DNA of 64,000 nucleotides from Corallococcus silvisoli (GTDB lineage Bacteria; Myxococcota; Myxococcia; Myxococcales; Myxococcaceae): NCBI RefSeq assembly GCF_009909145.1, contig NZ_JAAAPJ010000005.1, positions 336,470 to 400,469 of the forward strand, read 5' to 3'. Shown piece by piece: positions 8,517 to 16,040 of this stretch (position 1 is its first letter; each line of letters starts with the position of its first letter). The notes under the pieces were generated by a model. It saw only the letters and a program-made list of their open reading frames with translations, ran no database searches and was not told where the DNA came from. The position numbers and the translations under genes were made by a program.

Positions 8517-9594
8517 GACGTGTCCTCCGCTGCTGCCTTCCGTCGACGGCTTCCACCAGCGCCTCCACTGCGTGAGTCAGCTCCTCCGCGCCGTGCCGCG
8601 CGGTGAGGATGAAGCTCACCGACACCTCCGGACCGCAGCGCGAGCGCTGGAGCACGGTCCGGATGCCACGCCGGTGCAGCCGCTCGTGGACCGCTCGCGG
8701 GTTCACCCCGCGAGGAAGCTGGATCCGCTGCACCGGGAACCGCCCGCCCACCGAGGCCAACCCCGACCGCCGCAGCCGCCCCCGGAAGTGCGCCACCCGC
8801 AGCGCCAGCGCCTCCCGGAGCGCGTCGCCTTTCCGGCGATTGATGGCCACCGCGTGCTCGGCGGCATGGAGATCCGCCACCGAAGGTGGACTGCAATGCA
8901 TCCGCGTCTCGCTGCGCTCCTCGTACCTGGCCACCACCCGCGCGCCGCCGGCCATCAGCGCCATCGGCACACCCAAGGCCTTCGCCATCGAGCCGCACCA
9001 CAGGACATCTGGCCCGTGGATGCCGTACCAGCGCAGCGAACCCCCTCCGCCGGCTCCGTATGGCAGGCCGGGCCCCGGCATGCCGAACACTCCCAAGGCT
9101 TGGGTGTCGTCCAGGATGAGCAGGCCCCCATGGGCCCGGACCACCTCCAGGTACGCGTCGAGCGGCGCCAGCGCGCCGCAGCCCGGACACCAACCGTCGC
9201 AGACCACCACCGGCCGGAGCCCCTGGCGCGGCGCCCGTGCCAGGAGCCTCGCCAGGGCCTCGGGCGAATGATGGGGAAAGCTCCTCACGGGTCCGCCGCG
9301 CGCCACCACCCGCTCGAACCCCCACCGCACCACCGGGTAGCTGCCTTCATCCCAGTAGAGGGCCACGGGGCGCCCCGCGAGCGCTCCGAACACGTCCCAG
9401 AACAGGTGCAGCGTGGAGCGGGCGAACAGCCCCCGCTCGCAGCCCACCAGCTCCGCCAGGGCGCGTGACGTCTCTTGCGTTCCGGGGGGCTCCTCGAGGA
9501 TGGCCGGAGTGCCCAGGGTGAGCCGCTCCCACGGCGCGAGCGATCCGCTGGAGTGCTCCAGGCCCAGGTAGAGCGCGGAGGTGAAGTCGAGCAC
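8509..9594 (-). CDS. PLP-dependent alpha-oxoamine synthase family enzyme (BioF/KBL/SPT/CqsA-like class-II aminotransferase fold)
   Basis: Aligns to BioF landmarks: FTSALYLGL (substrate loop, cf. FSSNDYLGL), VVCDGWCPGCGALAPL...LILDDTQALGVFG (cf. the DDAHG motif) and SMAKALG (PLP-lysine position). GTG start at 9594 with GGGGGA 7 nt upstream. Confidence 0.8.
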   Translation of the reverse strand: MLDFTSALYLGLEHSSGSLAPWERLTLGTPAILEEPPGTQETSRALAELVGCERGLFARSTLHLFWDVFGALAGRPVALYWDEGSYPVVRWGFERVVARGGPVRSFPHHSPEALARLLARAPRQGLRPVVVCDGWCPGCGALAPLDAYLEVVRAHGGLLILDDTQALGVFGMPGPGLPYGAGGGGSLRWYGIHGPDVLWCGSMAKALGVPMALMAGGARVVARYEERSETRMHCSPPSVADLHAAEHAVAINRRKGDALREALALRVAHFRGRLRRSGLASVGGRFPVQRIQLPRGVNPRAVHERLHRRGIRTVLQRSRCGPEVSVSFILTARHGAEELTHAVEALVEAVDGRQQRRTRHE

Positions 9595-9609
9595 CGGCGC
9601 CGTCCCCCG

Positions 9610-11466
9610 TCACCGCCTCCGCTGCAGGGCCAGCCGGTTGCGCAGGTGCACCGAGGGGGACACGTAGCGCTCCGCCAGGCGCTGCTGGTCGGTGATGTCG
9701 ACCGCGAGGTCCACGCCGGTGACGGCCCGGTACGCGTGGATGTAGCCCTGGATCTCCGGCCGCCAGTAGCGCGCCCAGTTGGCGGCCTGGTTCGGGTCGT
9801 TCGTGATGCTCCACGCGCCGTAGCGCACGGCCAGGAGCACCTGCTCGCCGTAGACGGCGAGGTCGTGGAAGTGCACCACGCTGACGTCCGTCCACCCCAG
9901 GAGCGACTTCATCGCATCCACCCGGTCCATCCACGGCTCCGGGTAGGGCACCATCACCCGCCCGCCGAGGAACTCGCGCATCTCCGGGCGCGACAGCAGC
10001 CACTGCTGCATCAGCATCTCCTGGCGCGCGGTGGAGGGCATGTCTCCGAACTGGTTATGGGCCCCCTGCGCCAGCAGGTAGTGCGTCTCCTTGAGCGAGT
10101 TGAGCACCGGGAAGCCGTCCGACACCACGGTGGTGTCATCGTCCTGCCGGAAGAACTGCACGCATTGGTGGAGCAGGTTGTGGAAGGACTCGAGGAACTT
10201 CGAGCGCCGATCCGCGGTGCGCATCCCGGACACGGCCTTGCCGTGCAGCGTGAAGCCATATTCGTGGTCGTACTCGTGGGCGCGGCGCACGACGCTCAGC
10301 CGGTGCTGCTCGTCCTGGAGGTAGCCCCACAACACGTTGTTGAGGGGCCGCAGCGGATCGATCTCCATGTTCGCCAGCGGATCCCGGTCCCCGGGCCCGC
10401 GCACGTTCTGGAAGCGATTGCTGATGTAGTTCATCGCCTGGACCAGCATTCCCTCCTCGTGCCAGTAGTTCCAGATGAGCTCCAGGAAGGTGGGGTAGCC
10501 CAGCTTCTGCTGGAGGATGCCGTAGCAAGCGGCGTAGTCGTCCTCCGGAATGTTCCGAGGCGCGATGACCGGCACGTCGGGGAGCTTGTTGCGGATGATC
10601 GCCAGGTAGGGGAGCGCGACATCGGCGCTTCCGTTCACATCCTCCAGGTAGTGCTTCCACACGACCTCGAAGTCGAAATCGCGAGGAAGCGTCTGGCCGA
10701 GGCGACCGCCCTCCACGCGCGCGTCCAGCTTGTCCAGCAGCTCCGTGAAGTCCACCAGCACGCCCGTGCGCTCCAGCATGAAGGCCTCGGTCAGGGCCTT
10801 CAGCTTCCGGTAGGCATCCACGCCAGGGAATGGCAGCCGGAGCTTGGGCTTGCGGATCGGGGTCGGCCTGCCCGGGCCCGGCAGGCCCGTGCCCGGGTCC
10901 GTCATGTGGTCGGGCGGGCAGAGGTGTGCGTCGATGAACCGGCTGTATTGATCGAAGGAGAGCCAATCGGTGGTCTTGCGGATGACCATCCAGAGGATGA
11001 CGTCGGTCGTCAGCGGATGAAGGGTGCGCTGCAGCGCCACGGGGAGGACAGGCATGCGTCCAGCCGCGCCGAAGGAGTTGAGCTCGTTGAGCGCTTCGCG
11101 CACCACCTCCCGGACGTTCCTGTCGCCCTCTCCCGGGAGGAGGGTCAGCGACTGTTCGGCTTCCCAGGTGAACGCGGGCCTGGTGGAGCCCGCCCCTTCG
11201 AACTCCTCGAGGATGACCTTGGCCTTGAGGACGCCCGCGCGCCTCGAGCTGGGAATCGTCCAGGTCGCGTGGCCATTGAGCTCCTGCCTGTCCGCGCTGG
11301 ACTTGGAGACCGGGGGTTCGACGCTGCCGGCCTCCACGGACCATCTGTAGACCCGATGCGTGAGCTTCGGGTTCACGTGGACGGGGGACGCCGACAGTTC
11401 GACGGTGGCACCCGAAGCGCTCGAGGTGACGGTGGTGGGTGAGAGAGTGAGTGTGACGCCAGCCAT
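9610..11466 (-). CDS. Hypothetical protein, 618 aa, no recognisable family; N-terminal beta-rich domain followed by a large alpha-rich domain
   Basis: Long GC3-biased ORF packed within the operon. ATG 11466 is preceded by GGAGGA. His/Asp/Glu-rich segment (HEYDHEYGF, WNYWHEEG). No motif I recognise. Confidence 0.6.
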   Translation of the reverse strand: MAGVTLTLSPTTVTSSASGATVELSASPVHVNPKLTHRVYRWSVEAGSVEPPVSKSSADRQELNGHATWTIPSSRRAGVLKAKVILEEFEGAGSTRPAFTWEAEQSLTLLPGEGDRNVREVVREALNELNSFGAAGRMPVLPVALQRTLHPLTTDVILWMVIRKTTDWLSFDQYSRFIDAHLCPPDHMTDPGTGLPGPGRPTPIRKPKLRLPFPGVDAYRKLKALTEAFMLERTGVLVDFTELLDKLDARVEGGRLGQTLPRDFDFEVVWKHYLEDVNGSADVALPYLAIIRNKLPDVPVIAPRNIPEDDYAACYGILQQKLGYPTFLELIWNYWHEEGMLVQAMNYISNRFQNVRGPGDRDPLANMEIDPLRPLNNVLWGYLQDEQHRLSVVRRAHEYDHEYGFTLHGKAVSGMRTADRRSKFLESFHNLLHQCVQFFRQDDDTTVVSDGFPVLNSLKETHYLLAQGAHNQFGDMPSTARQEMLMQQWLLSRPEMREFLGGRVMVPYPEPWMDRVDAMKSLLGWTDVSVVHFHDLAVYGEQVLLAVRYGAWSITNDPNQAANWARYWRPEIQGYIHAYRAVTGVDLAVDITDQQRLAERYVSPSVHLRNRLALQRRR

Positions 11467-11483
11467 GATTCCATCCTCCAACG

Positions 11484-12827
11484 CTAGGTGACGACGTTCC
11501 GCGGCAACGCGGGAGCCCGGAGCACCGACGCCAGGGTCCGCGACTTCGAGAGTGACGCGCAGGTCTCGGACGCATCGAGCGTGCTGCGCAGGGCCCAGTA
11601 CTTGAGGAGCTCGGCCAGGGCCTTGCTCTCCTCCTCGGGAGTGATGGCCCCGTCGGCCCTGGCCTGCCCGATGACGGCGAACACCAGCGAGGGCGGCGAC
11701 TCACGAATGCGGGAGCGCCGGGCGCGCCACTCCCGGTACAGCTCGGAGAGCCGGTCTGGCTGACGCTCCCGCGTCTTCATGACCTCCACCAGCGTGCGTC
11801 CACGAAGGGACTCCGGCCGGTGCTCCACCAGGAGCCGCGCGATGCGCGGCAGGCTCGCCTCGAGCGCGCCGAGCACCCGGCGGTGCTGCTCGGACAGTCC
11901 GTCGATGGGGTAGAACGCCTTCCACAGTCGCGCCAGCCGCGCCCACTGCGGATGCGGATACAGCAGTCCGCCCAGCGCGCTGCTCAGCTTGACGCGGATC
12001 CACGGGATGGGATGGGGGTCGTCCATGTTCAGCCGGAACACGAACGGCCGCGGCAGGCTCACCACCCCCATCAGCCCCACCGTGGCGGTCACCCCCACGC
12101 GAGCCACCGACCAGAAATCCGCGACGACCTCCGAGATCCACCGCTCCCACAGGCCCCAGACCAGCGCGTCCTCGGGCCCTTCACGCGGCACGTCGCGCAG
12201 GGCCACGCGGAGCGAGGCCACCAGGTCCAGCAGCGCCGCCCCCTGGTGCCCCACCTCGTGGAAGAGGGAGGACGCGAGGCTGCTGCCGATCATCCGCTCG
12301 CGGGGGACGCGGATGATGGCCACCGGGTTCGCCCCGCCGCCGGGCAGACGCGTGCGCGCCCGGCGGATGGCCGCTCCGGGGCCGCGAGCCAGGTAGCAGA
12401 TGACGGGCGGCGCCTCGTAGTACCCCGGCAGCTCCAGCGCGTTCTTGGAGAGCACGTCCAGCCCCGCCAGCCAGACGCCGTTGTCCGCCTCGCTGCGCTG
12501 GCTCATGGCCTCGCTGAAGATGTCGAACTGCGACAGCACCACGTTGAAGCGCAGCCGCAGGAAGGTGAAGCGCCGCTGCGCCTCGGCGGGGGCCGCGTGT
12601 CGGCCCCAGGGGCCCTCCAACCACGCGAGGTACTGGTGGATCTGCGTCCGTAGCTCACGGCGCCCCTTGACCAGGTAGCTCTCCAACGCCGCCTGCGCTT
12701 CGACGGAGAGCGTGGCCGCTGGGACCATCGTCTCCGACATGGCGAAGGACTTGATGCGCTCGAGCCGGGTGAGCAGCGCGCGGGCCTCCTGTGACAGCAT
12801 CCAGGAGGCGAAGGAGCCGGAGGACAT
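11484..12827 (-). CDS. Hypothetical HExxH-motif protein (possible zinc metallopeptidase-like), 447 aa
   Basis: Contains SSLFHEVGHQGAAL (HExxH) with downstream Glu (ISEVVADFW) that could act as a third ligand. Otherwise no recognisable family. Stop is 3 nt from the next gene. Confidence 0.6.
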   Translation of the reverse strand: MSSGSFASWMLSQEARALLTRLERIKSFAMSETMVPAATLSVEAQAALESYLVKGRRELRTQIHQYLAWLEGPWGRHAAPAEAQRRFTFLRLRFNVVLSQFDIFSEAMSQRSEADNGVWLAGLDVLSKNALELPGYYEAPPVICYLARGPGAAIRRARTRLPGGGANPVAIIRVPRERMIGSSLASSLFHEVGHQGAALLDLVASLRVALRDVPREGPEDALVWGLWERWISEVVADFWSVARVGVTATVGLMGVVSLPRPFVFRLNMDDPHPIPWIRVKLSSALGGLLYPHPQWARLARLWKAFYPIDGLSEQHRRVLGALEASLPRIARLLVEHRPESLRGRTLVEVMKTRERQPDRLSELYREWRARRSRIRESPPSLVFAVIGQARADGAITPEEESKALAELLKYWALRSTLDASETCASLSKSRTLASVLRAPALPRNVVT

Positions 12828-12833
12828 GGTGGC

Positions 12834-13463
12834 TCAGACCCCGTAGAGGATGATCTTGTTGCCCTTGCGCACCCAGCGGCCACTGCGGCCACCGGTGCCC
12901 GCGGCGTGCGGCATCTGGGCGGCGAAGCCAGGGGCGAACTTCTGGATGGCCTGGTGGACGGCGGCGCCAGCCACCTGCTGGGGCGAAGCATTGTCGGGCG
13001 AGTTGAGGGCCGTCTTGGAGGCGTCCGAGGCGAGTCGGACAATCTGCCGGGCCACCTCGAACTCGCGGTCCTCCTGGCTCAGGCCCTCCAGTTCGAGCCC
13101 GAACGCCTGGCCCGCCATGGAGGCCAGCTTGCCACCGACGGCGCCGCCCACGCCGGGGACCACGAGGTTGCCGAGCGCGCTGCCCACCATCGGCAGGGCC
13201 TGCCTGGCCAGTCCCTTGAGCATGCCCCCGAGCTGCTTGCCCAGCGGAGACTTCACGACCTTGCCGACGGCGCTGCCCACCTTCTTGATGATGTTGCCGA
13301 GGAACTGATCCAGCTCCTGCTCGTTGCTGACCTCCAGCAGCTCCGAGGCGAGCTCGTTCAGCTCGTTCTCGTTGAAGACCTCGCCCCACTCCGACTCGGC
13401 GTTGAACTCGAACTCGAACGACTCCCCCTCCAGTTCCTGGTAGGTGCGATCCACGTCATGCAT
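12834..13463 (-). CDS. Small protein (about 210 aa) with a strongly acidic N-terminal segment and Lys/Gly-rich amphipathic GxxxG-type repeats; first gene of the operon
   Basis: ATG at 13463 with GAGGA 8 nt upstream. Residues 1-60 are E/D/F/N-rich (EGESFEFEFNAESEWGEVFNENELNELASELLEVSNEQELDQF). Then GNIIKKVGSAVGKVVKSPLGKQLGGMLKGLARQALPMVGSALGNLVVPGVGGAVGGKLASMAGQAFG. No Cys. Basic C-terminal tail RWVRKGNKIILYGV. Confidence 0.55.
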   Translation of the reverse strand: MHDVDRTYQELEGESFEFEFNAESEWGEVFNENELNELASELLEVSNEQELDQFLGNIIKKVGSAVGKVVKSPLGKQLGGMLKGLARQALPMVGSALGNLVVPGVGGAVGGKLASMAGQAFGLELEGLSQEDREFEVARQIVRLASDASKTALNSPDNASPQQVAGAAVHQAIQKFAPGFAAQMPHAAGTGGRSGRWVRKGNKIILYGV

Positions 13464-13519
13464 GGTCAGTTCCTCGTGTGATGGGGCCGGCTTCGTGGCC
13501 GCGGGTTCGGACCGGGCAT

Positions 13520-13538
13520 AAGCAGCGGCTGTGCCAAC
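13520..13538 (-). promoter_or_regulatory. Candidate sigma-54 (-24/-12) promoter for the 13463->6686 operon
   Basis: Minus-strand sequence TGGCAC-AGCCG-CTGC (plus strand gcagcggctgtgcca) gives a perfect -24 TGGCAC, 5-nt spacer and a -12 GC. It lies about 60 nt upstream of the ATG at 13463 in a divergent intergenic region. Confidence 0.45.
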
Positions 13539-13766
13539 CCCGCCGAGGGTCGCTCCTGCTCTGGGAGTCAGGGCGCGGGAGCGAAGCGCGCTTCGGCGGC
13601 GCCGGCCGAACGGGAGATTCGGCGAAGCAGGCTTCGGCGCCCCGTCATGGCCCCGTGGGCTCCGGGCGAGTCCCCCCCCTGGCGAGGGCATTCGTCCCCT
13701 CGCCGTCGCCATTCGCGGGGCCGTCGGCTAGCGTTCGGCCCTCTCCGCGGAACAAGAGGGGGGCCC

Positions 13767-16040
13767 ATGCGCGTCGTACCGTCCATCCTGGAATCCGTCA
13801 CCGTTCACGCCGAAGGCGCGCTGTGCACCCGCGCGCTCGTGCTCTCCCCCGAGGACGGGCACCTGCCCGAACAGGTCCGCGTCGACGGCCTGCCCCTGGC
13901 CCTGCGAACAGCGACCCTGCGCGCCCGCGTGGTGGAGGGCCCCACCGGGCTCCTCGTCCGCGACCTGCGGCCCACGTTCGACGTGCGGCTGCCCGCCGAA
14001 TCGGACCTGCCCGCGGAGCTGCACGCGGCCGAAGCGGCGGAGGCCGCGCTGTCGGACGTGCTGGGCCGGCTGGAGCGGGTGCGCGCGGAGCTGGAGACCC
14101 TTCAGGGACTGGCGCCCTCCTTCCCGCCCCAGCGCAAGGGCCAGCTCCCGCGCGAGGCGCCCCTCGCCGCGATGCTGGCGCTGACGGGCTTCGTGGACGC
14201 GGAGCTGACGGCGCTGCATGCCCAGCGGCTGGAGCTGGAGCGGCAGTACCGCGACGCCACCCAAGAGCTGGAGCTGCGCCGCCGCCGCGTCCAGGAGCTG
14301 TCCTCCGCGCGAAGCGTGGACCGGGCCCGGCTCTTCCGCGCGGCCCTCCTCACGCTGTCCGGCCCCATCGCCGCGAACGCGGAGGCGCGCCTGGTGTTGG
14401 AGTACGCCGTGGCGGGCGCGCGATGGGTGCCCACCTACGACCTGCGCCTGCCGCGCACGCTGGAGGAAGGCACGCTGCGCATGCGTGCCGCCGTCATCCA
14501 GCGGACCGGCGAGGACTGGAAGGGGGTCCGGCTGTCGGTCTCCACCGCGAGCCTGGAGCGGCGCGCGGTGGTGCCGGAGCTGAAGTCGCTGCGCATCGGC
14601 CGCAGCCAGCCGGCGCCCGTGCGCTCGGGATGGCGTGAGCCCGCGCCGGGCCTGGACGAGCTGTTCGCGGGCTACGACGCCATGACGGTGCCGCCCCCTC
14701 TCGCGATGCCCGAGCCTCTTCCGCCCCCTCCGATGGACGAGCTGGACGCGGATGAGGACTCGTTCGGGAGCGTGGTGGCCTTCGAGGAGTCCTTGAAGGA
14801 GAAGTCGCCGAAGGCGATGTCGTCCTCGTATGGGGGCGCGCCGGGCGCTCCGCCCATGGCGCCCCCTTCCGTCTCCCGGCCCGCGCCGCCGCCCATGCCG
14901 GCTCCCAAGGCCGCGGCCCCCGCGCTGGGCGGAGTCCGCCCGTCGGCGGCCCCGAGCCGGAACCTCAGCGACGGCGGAGACCTCAGCCGGAGTTTCCGGC
15001 GGGATGCCCCGGGCCGGGGCGGCGGCGGGATGAGCAAGAAGCGCGCGGCCGAGGAGGAGAGCCTCGATGATGCCCCGATGATGGACCTGTCATCGGACCT
15101 CTCGGACGGCGAGGGCGGCGGCGGGGAGTCGCGGCGCACGAGGGCCCTGGAGCCCGCGGACAGCCTGTTCGACTACGACTCGCTGACGCTGGCCCCTCCG
15201 GGCGCTCCAGCCGAGCGCGGCCGGCTGACGCCCCGGCCGGCGCTCATCACGCAGGCGAGGCTGTCCGTCACTTCCGTGAGTCTCCAGGTCGAAGTGGTGC
15301 GCCTGGAGGCCCAGGCCTTCGTCACCGCCGAGTCCGTGAACACCGTGCCGCCGCCCACGTGGGCGGTGGCGCCGCGCGACTCCGCCCGGCACTTCGACGC
15401 GCGCTTCGACGCGGAGGCGGTCGCGGACGTGCCCGCCGACGGCGCGTGGCACACGGTGCCCATGCTGACGGTGCCCCTGGAGTTCCGCGCCGAATACGTC
15501 TGCGTGCCTTCGGTGGAGCCGCGGGTCTTCCGCACGGTGCGCCTGGACAATCGGACACCGCACCCGCTGCTCGCGGGGCCCGTGGACGTGACGCTCGGGG
15601 ATGAGTTCCTGATGACCTCTCCGCTGCCCACGCTCGGGCCCGGCGAGACGCAGCGGCTGGGATTGGGCGTGGAGGAAGCGATCCAGGTGGCGCGCAACAC
15701 GCGCTTCGAGGAAGCGACGGGCGGCATGTTCGGCAACAACACCGTCCTCACGCACCACGTCTCCGTGGAGGTGACCAACCACCTCGCGCGTCCCGCGACG
15801 CTCGCCATCTCCGAGCGCATCGGCGCGGTGCCCGAGTCCCAGAAGGACCTCAAGGTCGAGGAGGCGGAGGTCATCCCGCCCTGGCAGAAGCCCACGCCCC
15901 TGCCCGGAGAGGTCGCGGTGGAGGGCGAGCGGGTCTGGCGCATGAGCATGCCCGCCGGAGAGAAGCGTTCGATGAAGGCGACATGGGTCGTGAAGCTGCC
16001 CGGCAACAAGATGCTGTACGGCGGGAACCGGAGGACATGA
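13767..16040 (+). CDS. DUF4139/DUF4140 (MuiA 'mucoidy inhibitor'-like) family protein with a large Pro/Ala/Gly-rich low-complexity insertion
   Basis: N-terminal and C-terminal conserved blocks (ARWVPTYDLRL..., C-terminal beta-rich domain) match the DUF4139 family. Roughly 200 aa of PPPMP/GGG low complexity sits in the middle. Paralogous to the next gene. Confidence 0.7.
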   Translation: MRVVPSILESVTVHAEGALCTRALVLSPEDGHLPEQVRVDGLPLALRTATLRARVVEGPTGLLVRDLRPTFDVRLPAESDLPAELHAAEAAEAALSDVLGRLERVRAELETLQGLAPSFPPQRKGQLPREAPLAAMLALTGFVDAELTALHAQRLELERQYRDATQELELRRRRVQELSSARSVDRARLFRAALLTLSGPIAANAEARLVLEYAVAGARWVPTYDLRLPRTLEEGTLRMRAAVIQRTGEDWKGVRLSVSTASLERRAVVPELKSLRIGRSQPAPVRSGWREPAPGLDELFAGYDAMTVPPPLAMPEPLPPPPMDELDADEDSFGSVVAFEESLKEKSPKAMSSSYGGAPGAPPMAPPSVSRPAPPPMPAPKAAAPALGGVRPSAAPSRNLSDGGDLSRSFRRDAPGRGGGGMSKKRAAEEESLDDAPMMDLSSDLSDGEGGGGESRRTRALEPADSLFDYDSLTLAPPGAPAERGRLTPRPALITQARLSVTSVSLQVEVVRLEAQAFVTAESVNTVPPPTWAVAPRDSARHFDARFDAEAVADVPADGAWHTVPMLTVPLEFRAEYVCVPSVEPRVFRTVRLDNRTPHPLLAGPVDVTLGDEFLMTSPLPTLGPGETQRLGLGVEEAIQVARNTRFEEATGGMFGNNTVLTHHVSVEVTNHLARPATLAISERIGAVPESQKDLKVEEAEVIPPWQKPTPLPGEVAVEGERVWRMSMPAGEKRSMKATWVVKLPGNKMLYGGNRRT

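Noticed and set aside
9475-11442. 655-aa plus-strand ORF and the 10136..11704 522-aa minus ORF
   Set aside because: They overlap the 618-aa operon gene in other frames. The chosen frame has an RBS-ATG and fits operon spacing. The alternatives are Arg/Pro/Gly-rich GC artefacts.
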